Source: Octopus vulgaris (taxonomy: Eukaryota). From it: a stretch of DNA of 64,000 nucleotides. A model generated the notes under the pieces. That model was not told the origin of the DNA. It saw only the letters and a list, made by a program, of their open reading frames with translations, and ran no database searches. A program made the translations under genes and the position numbers. Location: NCBI GenBank assembly GCA_951406725.2, contig OX597826.1, positions 69,316,001 to 69,380,000 of the forward strand, written 5' to 3'. Below, piece after piece: positions 1 through 14,394 of this stretch (within the stretch, counting starts at the first letter, position 1; each line of letters begins with the position of its first letter).

Positions 1-215
1 TTTGTCCTCTCTGTGTTTAGACCCTTGTGGGTAGTAAAGAAATAGGTATTTCGTCTGTCGCTACGTTCTGAGTTCAAATTCCGTCGAGGTCGACTTTGCC
101 TTTCATCCTTTCGGGGTCGATAAATTAAGTACTAGTGAAACGCTGGGGTCGATGTAATCGACTATTCCCTTCCTCCAAATTTCAGGTCTTGTGCCTATAG
201 TAGAAAGGATATTAC
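1..215 (+). mobile_element. SINE family A, 3' part of a dimeric copy (cut by window edge)
   Basis: Tail (tttagacccttgtgggtagtaaagaaata) joined to ggtatttcgtctg, B-box gagttcaaattcc, core gtcgactttgcctttcatcctttcggggtcgataaattaagtac, then alternative tail ...cttgtgcctatagtagaaagg. Confidence 0.85.
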
Positions 216-227
216 AAGCAGTTTTAA

Positions 228-441
228 GGCAATGAGCTGGCAGAATCGTTAGCACGGTGATCGAAATGCTGAACGAAATTTCGTCCGCCTTCACGCTACG
301 AGTTCAAATTTCGCTGAGGTCAACTTTGCCTTTCATTTTTTTTTTCGGGGTCATTAAACTACATATTAGTCAAGCACTGCGGGTCGATTTAATCGACTTA
401 CCCATTCATCCCAAGCTGCTGGCCTCGTGCCAAAATTTAAA
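228..441 (+). mobile_element. SINE family A, diverged monomer
   Basis: A-box-like gagctggcagaatcgttagc, B-box gagttcaaatttc, family core, tail ggcctcgtgccaaaattt. Confidence 0.8.
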
Positions 442-609
442 TGTAACATTCCCAGCAACTTAAATTATCTAATTTCGAAATTTTAAGGTTAGTTGTAGAT
501 TCCAATAATTTAGTGTTTCCGGTTGATATGAGCTTTTCTCAACACTGCACTTGTTTGTAACCCAACTCAACTGGAAAATATTGTTTAATCTATTTCCTAA
601 TAGGCCAAT

Positions 610-993
610 GGAAGCACTCCGTCGGTTACGACGACGAGGGTTCCGGTTGATCCGATCAACGGAACAGCCTGCTCGTGAAATTAACGTGTGAGTGGCTGAG
701 CACTCCACAGACACGTGTACCCTTAATGTAGTTCTCGGGGATATTCAGCGTGACACAGAGAGTAACAAGGCCGGCCGTTTGAAATACAGGTACAACAGAA
801 ACAGGACGTAAGAGTGAGAGAAAGTTGTGGTGAAAGAGTACAGCAGGGATCACCACCATCCCCTGCCGGAGCCTCGTGGAGCTTTTAGGTGTTTTCGCTC
901 AATAAACTCTCATAACGCCCGGTCTGGGAATCGAAACCGCGATCCTACGACCGCGAGTCCGCTGCCCTAACCACTGGGCCATTGCGCCTCCAC
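610..993 (-). mobile_element. SINE family C (tRNA-derived), full length
   Basis: Minus strand begins gtggaggcgcaatggcccagtggttaggg (A box) with B box ggtttcgattccc; near-identical to 14003-14394; 11-bp TSD aataggccaat at 599-609 and 994-1004. Confidence 0.93.
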
Positions 994-2236
994 AATAGGC
1001 CAATACTGCAAGTTCATTCGGTGGCCTTGGTGAGTGAGCAGTATAGGACGAGCACATACATGGAGCATTTCGAAAACAGCAGGAGGACTTCGAGGAGTCA
1101 TGATCTGATCTGGGTGATTCCACCTCCTTTTAGTGTATTAGGAAGTAACAGCCCGAAACACTTGTTTAACGGTTATCCTTCGTCTGAAGAGCTTCCCTAC
1201 TGTTCGTCCAACCGGGAGCGAGCTTTCACTCACTGAATTCGCCGAAACTAAAATCTTTATCGGAATCGTTTCATCCTACAGCATCAATTTTAAAAGAAGT
1301 TTAGAAATTTACTAACTTAATGAGCTTGAACAACGAGTAGCCAATACGTTGAACAAACTTCCTTTTGATGTAATGACAAATGAAACCGCTGAAACCTTGC
1401 AAAGCCAGTTAATTCTTTCACACTTGACTTAGAATTTGATATTCAAATTTAACAGTTTATACATTTTATGAATCTTATTTAGATATTAAAAAAATATCAG
1501 CGAATAAAGAATATCATATTGAAAATTCTATCATTGTCGTTTTTTATATATATTTTTTGTACCATTTACCAACGCGAACAGGAGTTTATTTTTTTTATTT
1601 TTTCACATCATTAAATTCAGCCAAGAACAATTTACGTGTCAGCCTCAATGATAATAATCTTGGAAACTTAATAAAAATTATCGCATCATCAGTCGTTCAG
1701 AATAATCCAAGGTTTCCAAAGCAAAGCAAAACCAATGTTTTCATTTCAAGGTAGTTTAAGAAACTCCATTAAAATTTAAAACATTACACCCTGTGGCGAA
1801 CTTAGCATTTAGATATTTTCGGTGTTTGTTTAATTAATGAAAATAGTGTTATCATTCGTTTTAATTAATGTCGCTTGGTGTGAGTTTGTGCATTTTACTG
1901 AATTCCTAAACTACAAAATTCGATAGTTTTCTCAAGTCAACACCTTGGCGCAGGTGATTTATGCAATTTGCAAAATTATATATTCCTTATATTTTTGTAT
2001 TGTTTTATTGCTGGTTTCAGTCATTGCAATGCGGCCAAGCTGGGGCACAACATTGAAGAATTTAGCTGAACCAATGGGTCTCCCAATGTGCATTTTGTTA
2101 AACCTCTTGCTGACACGCTTCGTTGCAAGTGTGTAAAAAAGAAACAACTTCTAGCGGCGTGGGGAATAAACACAAGGATACACACACGCACACTCACAAG
2201 CGCACGCATACATTTATATATTTATATATATCATCT

Positions 2237-3185
2237 TTGTGCCTAGAGTAGTAAAAATTGTAAATAAAAGGTGGCGATCTGGCAGAAACGTTAGCACACG
2301 AGCGAAATGCTTAGCGTTATTTCGTCTGCCGTTACGTTCTGAGTTCAAATTCCGCCGAGGTCAACTTTGCCTTTCATCCTTTCGGGGTCGATTAAATAAG
2401 TACCAGTTACGCACTGGGGTCGATATAATCGACTTAATCCGTTTGTCTGTCCTTGTTTGTCCCCTCTGTGTTTAGCCCCTTGTGGGTAGTAAAGAAATAG
2501 GTTTTTGTCTGTACGTTCTGAGTACAAATTCCGCCGAGGTCGACTTTGCCTTTCATCCTTTCGGGGTCGATTTAATAAGTACCAGTTACGCACTGGAGTC
2601 GATGTAATAGACTTAATCCGTTTGACCCCTCTACTTAGCTCCCTGTGAGCAATAAAGAAATAAATACATATCCGTGATACATTGTAAATAAAAGGCTGTG
2701 AGCTGGCAGAAACGTTAGCACGCCGGGCGAAATGCTTAGCGGTATTTCATCTGTCTTTACGTTCTGAGTTCAAATACCGTCGAGGTCGACTTTGCCTTTC
2801 ATCCTTTCGGGGTCGATAAATTAAGTACCAGTTGCGTACTAGAGTCTATCTTATCGACTGGCCCCTTCCCTCAAAATTTCGGGCCTTGTGCCTAGAAGAG
2901 AGAAGAAAATATATTTTAAATAAATTGAAACTATATCGTCGTATAATCAATGTTGCAGAAAAAAGGCGACGAGTTGGCAGAATAGTCAGCAGGCCGGATG
3001 AAATGCTTAGCGGAAATTTCGTTCGTCTTTAGGCTTTGAGTTCAAATTCCGCCCAGGTTTGCTTTGCCTTTATTCCACACAGGGTTGATGAAATAATTAC
3101 CAGTTGAGCATTGCGGTTGATCACACTCATTTCTCCACCCGCCCCGTGAAATTGCTAGCCTCGTGCCAAAATTTAAAACCAATAT
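2237..3185 (+). mobile_element. Head-to-tail cluster of SINE A copies (tail remnant, dimer ~2270-2664, monomers ~2694-2912 and ~2965-3185)
   Basis: Repeated heads (tggcagaaacgttagcac), B boxes and cores in the same orientation. Confidence 0.88.
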
Positions 3186-3450
3186 TGCAGAAAAATAAAA
3201 CTACTGTTAGGACTCTACCACGTTGGTACAATTAAAATTTCGACAAGGGCTCTATTATGGCAACTGATATCAAACGTAATATAAATTGCACGGGGAAAAA
3301 GGAGCTGCTTTTTATAAAAATATTATGACAGCTTATTAATGTCCCCTCCCCACCTCTTTCTCTGTTCAAACAGAACTGGGATGAACTTTGCTTTATATCC
3401 ATTTTAGACAGAATGTATATTGTAAATAATAAATTCTAATATACGTACGC

Positions 3451-4435
<985 letters not shown>

Positions 4436-4760
4436 GTTATATTACAAATACACAGAGAGATATTGTAAATGCCATGAAAGAAATAACGATAACATAATAA
4501 AAATAATACACATTTATCTCCAATTCAATTATAAACCTCAACTAAAACTATATCTTCCTGAAAATATAGAACATCTTTAAACAATAGTAAATGTGTAGTG
4601 GCAAGCATAGAAATTATTCCCCTATAGCTTCAGGCAATGAGATTTCTTTAGTTTTCGTCTTGCAGACTATTTTAACTCTAGCAAAAATTATCTCAGAGAA
4701 CAGTTTGGCTTAACTCCACCGTATTTGGGATTTCAGTTTTCGTAACGTTAGACTATCTTG

Positions 4761-4812
<52 letters not shown>

Positions 4813-5149
4813 GTATGTGGCTATTTGTATATTTATTCTTAAACGATTTATATTCATATGTGTATATATATATATCTGTTAGCTTTTATCTGTTGCTTGT
4901 TTCGCTCGTAAGACTGCGGACATGCTGGAGCATCTCTTTGAAGAATATTTAATCGAATGTATCGACCCCAGTATATTTCTTTTAAAGCCTGGTACATTTG
5001 ACATTATTTTAAACTGTCGTATGTCCAAATTTCTTTTGTTTTTTCGATATTTATTTTGGCTTGCAATAGCCGGTTCTTTCGGTCAAACGATCGTATCTCC
5101 AGCTGCTTCAGATACCAAGATATATAAAAAAAAATTGTCAAATTGTAGG

Positions 5150-5172
5150 CGATATGTGTGTGTATGTATATA

Positions 5173-5208
<36 letters not shown>

Positions 5209-5344
5209 TGTATGTATGTATGTATGTATGTATGTATGTATGTATGTATGCATGTATATATATATATATATATACACATATATATATATGCGTACATACA
5301 GATGTACATATAAATACTTATGTACATACATACGTATACATATG

Positions 5345-5400
<56 letters not shown>

Positions 5401-5512
5401 AATATATATATATATATATGTGTGTGTGTGTATACGTATGTTATGTATATGTATATATATATATATTCATATATATACACATATTCATGTAGATGTTTAT
5501 ACACACACAGAC

Positions 5513-5601
<89 letters not shown>
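5150..5601. repeat. (TATG)n/(TA)n compound microsatellite
   Basis: Direct inspection. Confidence 0.95.
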
Positions 5602-5604
<3 letters not shown>

Positions 5605-6009
5605 AAGGAAGCATACATAATTTTGTAGGAAAAATGTTTAATTAATTTTGCATTCATTTCATTACTTCACGTTATAATTTTTTCTTCTGTTTCGTCTGAA
5701 AGGCGGAGAAGGGGGCGTGGTGGTGCTGGTGGTGCCGTGGTAGTGTTGAAATTTAATTTACCCAAATGTATAATTACTTATTACTTTTATCTGCAGCCAG
5801 AGATAGTTAGATTCTTTCATTAAATAATTGCAACCTATAATGGCGTATATTGTGACTGCGCGCGTGTGTGTTTGTGTGTGTGTAATTGTGTATATTTGTG
5901 TGAGTGTGTGTTGTGTGTGTGCGTGTGTGCGTGTGTGTAATGTTGTGTACAGTGTCGTGTTGTATGGGGCGTCGGTGGGGATCATGAAATACGACACTGT
6001 GTAAAGGTT

Positions 6010-6339
6010 CGGTGGCGGTGTGGTATTCGTGGTGGTAGTGATGTTAGTGGTGCTGGGGTGGTTTGGATTGTAGTGGTAGTGGTACTGGCTGTGGTGATGT
6101 ATTTTGTGATGGTGGTGGTGTTGGTTACGGTGGTTGTGATGGTGGTGGCGGCGGTGCTGGTGGTGGCACAGGTGGTGGTGGTGGTACAGGTGGTGGTCGT
6201 GGTGGTGGTGGTGGTGGCGGCGGCGGCGGTGGTGGTGGTGGTACAGGAGGTAGTGGTGGTGGTGGAAGACATACAAGAGGTGGGCGTGGAGGGCTGGAAG
6301 GAAGACCGAGAACAACAAGTAGAAGTCGAAAAAGTAAAA

Positions 6340-6377
<38 letters not shown>

Positions 6378-6499
6378 CTAGTGGTGGGGTGGCTGTGATG
6401 GTGGTGGTGATGGCATGGACGGTGGCGGTGGTGGTAGTAGTGGTAGAAGAAGAAGAACAATAAGTAGTAGTAGTAGTAGTAGTAGTTGTTGTAGTAGTT

Positions 6500-6562
<63 letters not shown>

Positions 6563-6565
6563 ATC
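6010..6565. repeat. (GTG)n/(GTA)n trinucleotide low-complexity tract
   Basis: ggtggt and gtagta runs; source of the poly-T/H/P/V/G ORFs. Confidence 0.92.
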
Positions 6566-6719
6566 AAAGGAGGAGGGGGAGGTTATAAAAGACAACGTGA
6601 GGAAGGAAGAGAGAAAAATGACAAAGAAAAGACTTTTCTACTTGAATTTTAATTTTATGTATTTTATTGTGCTTTATTAATTTTTTCCCTCTAGCTTTTG
6701 TACACAGGGACAAGATACA

Positions 6720-6793
6720 GACTTACATACATGCCCTCCCATACACACACACACACACACACATATATGTATTCATGTATATGCATATGTGTG

Positions 6794-6838
<45 letters not shown>

Positions 6839-7087
6839 ATACACATATTTATATACATATATATACATACATACATATATATATATATATGTATACACAT
6901 ACTTATATACATATATATACATTTATATATATTTATCTATATATATATACATACACATATATATATGCATATATATTTACGTACATATATAATATGTATA
7001 TATAATATATATATGCATATGTGTGTATATATATATCTCTGTATAATACATGCATATATACGTACACATATGTATATACATATATCC

Positions 7088-7131
<44 letters not shown>

Positions 7132-7285
7132 ACACAGACTTACACACATATATATACATTTATATATATATTTATCTATATATATATACATACACATATA
7201 TATATATACATATATATTTACGTATATATATATTCATACGTTTGCACAGGCCGCCGTATGTATATATATATATATATATATATAT
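6720..7285. repeat. (TA)n/(CA)n compound microsatellite
   Basis: Direct inspection; internal ~120-bp block duplicated (~6890-7000 vs ~7130-7235). Confidence 0.9.
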
Positions 7286-7953
7286 TGAAAGAGAGATGCT
7301 CCCATTGGATGCATTCACGTCACGTTCATGACCACACAATCAGGTGTCCATATATGTATCACATCTTTCCAAGTGTGAGTGAGTGCAAACTATATTTCTT
7401 TATTTCATATGTATACCAGTAAGCCTTCTGGAAATTCCACATTTTATAAATAAATATAATTCTATTTGAATGTATAAATGTTTCGATCTGCACAATGTTC
7501 TTTTATTGCATTAAAGTTTTTGATATGTCTTCGATTTCGTTGTATAGTTTAATGTTTTTATACGGTTTCTGTTGTGCTCAGTATTCCGAATGTGCCTTGG
7601 GGGTTCTATCCATACTTAAGGTTATTACAAGTGTAACATACGAACGCACGCCATGGTAAACAGATTTGTATTATATGTATTTAGATATAAATTTAGTATA
7701 TCAAATTTTATAAGATTCAAATCAGTTCAATTGCACATTCATGAGAACGTATGCGTGATATATTTTTAAAAATCTATCTATCCATGTGTATATACATGCA
7801 TATAAAGGGACGGGAACAGTATGAAGTTTTCGTTCAAATTATGCCCCATACATTTCGATTGCATAGCTGTTTCACCTTATGCTATAATATGAGATTACAT
7901 AACATGAATTACATTATATGAATCTATGCATCTCTCAAAAAATCTGCGCTTCA

Positions 7954-7990
<37 letters not shown>

Positions 7991-8039
7991 AAAAATATGT
8001 CAAGGTAGAAAATGCTAAAATAATTTTATAAAAACATTT

Positions 8040-8075
8040 CAGTACCGGTTTCAGTCATTGAGACTTTTTCTACTG
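8040..8075 (-). ncRNA. Degenerate minimal type I hammerhead-like motif (Penelope-type)
   Basis: Minus strand: cag-UAGAAAA-agtc(tcaat)gact-GAAAC-cg-GUA-ctg; stems I and II pair, stem III is palindromic ACCGGU; core strand departs from CUGANGA. Confidence 0.45.
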
Positions 8076-8236
8076 TAAGTAAGGAAAACAATGAAATTTG
8101 ATAAAAATTAATAGAAAATTTTTCGAAAAATATCTGCATAGATTTCAAATACAAGGGGCATTTTCCTTGTTTATGTATGTCTCTGTCTCTCTTGTTTACT
8201 CTTGTGGGTTCGAGATCATTGTGAATTCTTGCAGGG

Positions 8237-8350
8237 AAGAAGAAGGAGGAGGAGGAGGAGGAGGAGAAGAAGAAGAAGAAGAAGAAGAAGAAGAAGAAGA
8301 AGAAGAAGAACAACAACAACAACAACAACAACAAAAAGAAGAAGAAGAGG
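8237..8350. repeat. (GAA)/(GGA)/(CAA) compound trinucleotide repeat
   Basis: Direct inspection. Confidence 0.95.
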
Positions 8351-8792
8351 AATTCGGGATTGCCATGATAGTAGTAGGATGTTAAATGGTAAAGTGCCCT
8401 GAAAGTGACTTGTTGTGGATGGTAGTAGTGATTGAATTCTTGAAACATCTCTTTTGAATGTATTGTTTATAAAATTTGCGTATGTGTTATTCTAAACAGC
8501 AATAGTGTCAAAGTTAGGAAGGAGGTGGCAGAGAGGAAAAAGACGAAGAAGAACGAGAATAAGAAAGGAATGTAGGTGGTATGATAGTAGTAGGAACTTA
8601 AATGGTCAAGTAACCTAATAGTGACTCGTTATGGATTAAAGCAGTGATTGGGACTGTTTTTTAATGAATTCTTTAGAATCTCTTGTGTATATCAGTTTTA
8701 AGATATATATATATATATATATATATATCATATATATCCATGTAAGTGTTTATGCATGCATGTATGTATATGTGTAAATGTGTCTGCGTGTG

Positions 8793-8931
<139 letters not shown>

Positions 8932-9496
8932 TTGCATGTATATACATAATCAGCTAAAACGATCTCTTAGCGCAACATATTTAGAATGAAAAACAAAAAT
9001 GCATAAAATTCATATATAGTGCCTAATTCCTCTTTACACAGCAACTGCTTCATTACCATAAACATCAATATAGTATTTGCTTCATTAAAATACTTAATTT
9101 AAATCGATTTAGTATATTATAACATACGGTGTGAACAAATAAGCAGCTATGCGATCGAAATGTATGGAGCATGATTTGAACGAAAACTTCATAATGTTCA
9201 CGTCCCTTGATATACATATAATTTAAATCGATTTAAATTATTTTAAAGCGATGATTTACGTAAACGTCACGTTTAATTGGATTTAATTGAAATTAATTTA
9301 AATGAATCTATTATATATTTTAATTGTGGAAATAAGTAATGTTTATGCTAATGTAACTATTGTTGAGCAGAATTTAATAACGAACTATTTGTAGAATTTT
9401 CGCTGTTTTGCTTTTTATACTAAATTAATATCTATGGGTGTGTGTGTGTGTGTGTATGTGTGTGTGTGTGTGTGTATGTGTGTGTGTGTCTGTGAT

Positions 9497-9732
9497 ATAC
9501 CTATTTCTTTACTACCCACAAGGGGCTAAACACAGAAGGGACAAACAAGGACAGGCAAACGGATTAAGTCGATTATATCGACCCCAGTGCATAACTGGTA
9601 CTTATTTAATCGACCCCGAAAGGATGAAAGGCAAAGTTGACCTCGGCAGAATTTGAACTCAGAACGTAGCGACAGACGAAATACCGCTAAGCATTTCATC
9701 AGGCGTGCTAACGATTCTGCCAGCTCGCCGCC
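9497..9732 (-). mobile_element. SINE family A
   Basis: Reverse complement of head, core and tail 1, ending at the gaaata|ggtat junction. Confidence 0.9.
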
Positions 9733-9884
9733 TTTGTGTCTGTCATATACCAACACACAGTTACATTCACGTGCACACACATATAATTGTATGTCCGGAA
9801 AGGCAGTTAAGAACTACGTGGTTTCCTGTTCAGTTCCATTGCGTGACACCTTGTGCAAATCTTACTTGTACTTGTGGCAACATT

Positions 9885-10255
9885 CACCCAGGGCGGGTTG
9901 AGTTGGTTTCTTCTACCACCCTCGAGGTATTGTATTCGCCATTGAGAATTCATGGAAAAAGTTTCGTGCTTTTGACAAGCGGTCCCCAAAAATCTCGCAT
10001 GTAGACATCCTGTTTGCCGCAGATTGTCCGCAGACGCAGGGGCAGAACGACCGAAGAACCGCCGGTTGCCGAAACAGACACTCCAAGGATTTTCACCAGA
10101 GCCCCATCTGCTGGGTTGTGACCCTAATACCACTCGGACTCAGACCAATCCGCCTTGGGTGGCCCTACCAGGAACCGAAGTTCCCGACGGCATAGCTCTG
10201 ACACTACCCGTTGCAAGCGTCCCTACCACGGTGAGGAGGGGGTGGAGTTTGGGGA
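9885..10255 (-). mobile_element. 5' UTR region of an RTE-clade LINE (orphan fragment)
   Basis: Minus strand ctcaccgtggtagggacgcttgc...gagctatgccgtcgg...cctggtagggccacccaaggcgga resembles the conserved 5' UTR of RTE elements (BovB/Expander type) as I recall it; no APE domain follows. Confidence 0.65.
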
Positions 10256-10980
10256 CTTTGTACAAATGTATCCCGCTGTAGCTTCGGGTCGCACCGTGAG
10301 TAAAAACTCTCCGACCTAAAGGTTGCGTTTTGTGAACATATACCTCAACATTTAAATAAACGGTAACCAATGGACAGTTAAGATCCCGAACATTTCATTC
10401 ACATGTGTTCACTCCTTCCTTGTTTCCTTTATTTTATTTTATTTATATAGGTATTTCTAACAGACAAAGCTATTGAGAACTTTCTCCGTAGGTGTTGCGT
10501 CCACAGTCAGAAAAAATTCGTTGTACAAATATAGACTGGACAATACAAAAGAATGCAACAGGTCCAGACTATCACACCACACCCTGCTAATCGTTTTTCT
10601 ATGATAAGTGCACATGTTTAATCAAAAGGTACTTGTCTGTACATGGTAACGGAATGTAATCAAGCAACACCTACATTCTGCGCAGATGTGTCTCCAGACA
10701 ACAGAGCTATTATTTCGGTGTCTACGCGGACGCTCGAAATGGTAGCTAGAAAGAGCAGGTGCAATTTTGTTAACCTTTGTAATGTAAGGAAGGCAGAAAA
10801 ACTGATAGGATCGTCACTTCCTAAGTGACTTTGATCAAAGGTTTGCTTCAACACAATTGACAAGGAGATATATCCGTCTATCTAACTATCCATCCATTTA
10901 ACCATCTGTCTATCTATCCATCTTTCTATGTAACTGTTTCTCGATCTATCTATCTATTTATCTAACTAAATCTAGACACT

Positions 10981-10982
<2 letters not shown>

Positions 10983-11070
<88 letters not shown>

Positions 11071-11176
11071 ACGGGCTTATTTGAGTTTCCGTCTACCAAA
11101 TCCACTCACAAGATTTTGGTCAGCCCGAGGCTATAGTAGAAGACGCTTGCCTAAGGTGCCACGCAGTGGAACTATA

Positions 11177-11212
<36 letters not shown>

Positions 11213-12056
11213 TGTATGTATGTATGTATGTATGTATGTGTGTGTGCGTGTGTGTGTGTGTACAGAACGTCGCCAGCAATGCAAATAACATGAAGTACGT
11301 AAACAAACACATATATATACATATATACATATATACATACATATATATATATACATATATATATATCTATATATATATATATATATATATACATTCATAC
11401 AGATATATATACATATATATATACATACATGAATATATATATATATATACACATATATATACATACATGTATATATATATACACACATATATATCTCTAT
11501 CACCCTCCCTTTTTTCTCTGTATATCAGTATATACACATATACGTGTGTGCGTATATGTGTATAAATGCGTATCTATATGTGTGTATGTTTGTGTGCGCG
11601 TGTGTATGCAAAATTTTAGGAGTGTCTTTGAAGTTTCAGCTCAGTTGCTCTCGTCAGACACTGTGTCTTTATATACTACATACAAACACAAATACATACA
11701 TACATACACACATATACATATACACAAGCATACAACCACACATATATACACTCATATATAGTCATACATGCACACTCACACACTCACAAATTCTTGCATA
11801 TATATATATGTGTGTGTGTGTGTGTATGTATGTGTGTGTGTGTATGTGTATGTGTGTGTATGTGTATGAGTGTGTGTGTATGTGTGTGTGTGTATACATA
11901 TGTGTTTATGCATTTATATATATGCATATCAATTCTCAATATTTTAAATTTAATCCGCTTATTAATACACGCTTCATACAGAGAACTAAATTTTCACTTC
12001 CACCATATATGCGTGTGAGTCCTTGTGTGTGCTTGTGTGTGTGTGTGTGTGTTTGT
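10983..12056. repeat. (CA)n/(TA)n/(TATG)n/(TG)n microsatellite field containing a minus-strand SINE B head fragment (~11066-11171)
   Basis: Direct inspection; ttccgtctaccaaatccactcacaag...aaggtgccacgcagtgg is the SINE B head reversed. Confidence 0.88.
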
Positions 12057-12360
12057 GAATAAAATGTATTATTCTTGTATTACTAAAATAACTTCATATA
12101 AGTGAAAAAAATCGATACATACTTTACATGGAGTACACACAATTATACGGTACTTACCAAAAAAAAAAAAACCAAGAAATTCTTTCTCTTTTTTCTTTTA
12201 GTTATTTTTAATCAGTTCTTTAACTAGCAGTGATTTGAATTTTCAAGTCGATTCTAACCGTTAAAAATAACTTGTATAGCCAACCACACTGCCACCTCTC
12301 GTTATTATTATTACAATTTGCTGCTCAGCACATCCATTCCGCATCCCATACACGTAAACA

Positions 12361-12434
<74 letters not shown>

Positions 12435-12544
12435 GCACACATTCTGCATCTATTTAACTTCATAAAGATTTCGGTTTTTTACAAAGAATGCGGTGGAGAT
12501 GTTGGCTAAAATTGATAAAGCGACGGAGTGAATGATTTTTCTTC

Positions 12545-13387
12545 TATAAATCTTTGCATAGTTTCAAATTGTACCCAAGTCAACTTTCCATGGTCGACAA
12601 AATTATAATAACAGTCACGTGCCGAAGTTGATTTTATCGACTTATCTCCTCATCAAAATTTCTAGTTTCATGCTTATGTAAGAGGCACTTGTTATTCCGG
12701 GTTATTTTTATTCTTCTCAGTTCAAATTCCACCGAGTTGCATTTAACCTCTGATCTTAAAATAAATTACCAGCCATGTACAAGTTTTCGACATCACTGAG
12801 TAACCGTCCCCCGTAAATTGTTGGTTTTCTGCTAAGTTAATTAACTCAGTTTTTTTCTACTCTAAGCACAAGGCCCGAAATGTTTAGCGACATTTCGTCC
12901 GTCTTTATGTTCTGAGTTCAAATTCCGCCGAGATCTACATTGCCTTTCAACCTTTCGGGGTCGATAAAATAAGTACAATTTGAGTACTAGGATCAATGTA
13001 ATCTCTCAAAATTGCTGGCTTTGCGCAAAAATTTGAAATCAATATTTTGATCTCTTTTTAGGGTGGCGAGATGGCTGAACCGTTTGGACGCCGGGCGAAA
13101 TACTTAAGCAGCATTTCGTTTGGCTTTACGTTCTGAGTTCAAATACCACCGGGATCGACCTAGCTTTTCATCCTTTCCGGGTCGATAAAATAAGTACCAG
13201 TTGAACACTGGGGTCGATGTAATCGACGTATCAATGCCTGCCTTGTGCAAAAAATTGGTTCATATACCACCGGGATCGACTTAGCTTTTCATCCTTTCCG
13301 GGTTGATAAAATAAGTATCAGTTGAGTATTGGAGTCGATCTAATCGATGTAGCAATGCCTGCCTTGTGCAAAAATTTGAAACCAATA
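12545..13387 (+). mobile_element. Cluster of degraded SINE A copies, last one with an internal ~120-bp tandem duplication
   Basis: B boxes/cores at ~12720, ~12912, ~13133; ataccaccgggatcgac...gccttgtgcaaaaa occurs at ~13143-13254 and ~13264-13374. Confidence 0.8.
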
Positions 13388-13707
13388 CTTAAACATTGTC
13401 AATTCAGTTATAAATCTGCGTATTGTATCTAGTTATCTTGTCAATAACAGCACGTTTTGCGTATCCAGTCAACATTTATTCACTTTATCTGTCCTTCCCC
13501 TCAGCATTTATCCAGTGTTTCGCTATCCATTCAACATCTTTACATTGTGTCTATCTACTGAATGCATTTATCTATGTAACCAAAATCTGCACACTGTCTA
13601 GCTATCAGTTCCACATCTATAAACAGCGTCTACGAATACATTTGCACAATGTATCTACCAAGTCAACATCTCTTCAATCATCCCCTACATACTGCGTTTG
13701 TCTATGT

Positions 13708-13926
13708 CAGTGGTTTTCAACCAGGATTCCGCGGAACCTTAGGGTTCCGCCAGTACAGTCCAAGGGTTCCGCAAGAAGTTACAAAACTGCTAAAATCGGC
13801 AGTAATTTTTAATTCTACTGTGCAGATATGTGTGCATAAGACTATTAAGTAATTGCACAGGGGTTCTTCGAGTCAGTGGAATGTTTCCTTGGGGTTCCGC
13901 TCCAGCAAAAAGGTTGAAAAGCACTG
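13708..13926. mobile_element. hAT (Charlie/Buster-type) MITE
   Basis: TIRs cagtggttttcaacc / ggttgaaaagcactg; perfect 8-bp TSD gtctatgt (13700-13707, 13927-13934); repeated ggttccgc subterminal motifs. Confidence 0.93.
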
Positions 13927-14002
13927 GTCTATGTAGTCAACATCTACACACTGTGGCTATTTAACAATTCTACATCGACACAAAGAGGCTATTTCTTTGT
14001 TC

Positions 14003-14394
14003 CAGTGGAGGCGCAATGGCCCAGTGGTTAGGGCAGCGGACTCGCGGTCATAGGATCGCGGTTTCGATTCCCAGACCGGGCGTTGTGAGTGTTTATTGAG
14101 CGAAAACACCTAAAAGCTCCACGAGGCTCCGGCAGGGGATGGTGGGGATCCCTGCTGTACTCTTTCACCACAAATTTCTCTCACTCTTACTTCCTGTTTC
14201 TGTTGTACCTGTATTTCAAGGGGCCGGCCTTGTCACTCTCTGTGTCACGCTGAATATCCCCGAGAACTACGTTAAGGGTGCACGTGTCTGTGGAGTGCTC
14301 AGCCACTTACACGTTAATTTCACGAGCAGGCTGTTCCGTTGATTCGGATCAACCGGAACCCTCATCGTCGTAACCGACGGAGTGCTTCCATCCC
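14003..14394 (+). mobile_element. SINE family C, full length
   Basis: A box tggcccagtgg, B box ggtttcgattccc; 12-bp TSD atttctttgttc (13991-14002, 14395-14406); matches 610-993. Confidence 0.93.

Noticed and set aside
1140-1230. GAAAC...CUGAAGA arrangement suggesting a hammerhead
   Set aside because: Stems II and III cannot be placed in register with the core in either permutation.
5065-5110. Minus-strand CUGGAGA...gaccGAAA hammerhead-like string
   Set aside because: No NUH site or stem III; stem II imperfect.
14005-14080. tRNA-like sequences at SINE C heads (also ~920-993, 22247, 51592)
   Set aside because: They continue into SINE bodies with TSDs and lack a clean acceptor stem; not tRNA genes, and I could not assign the parent tRNA.
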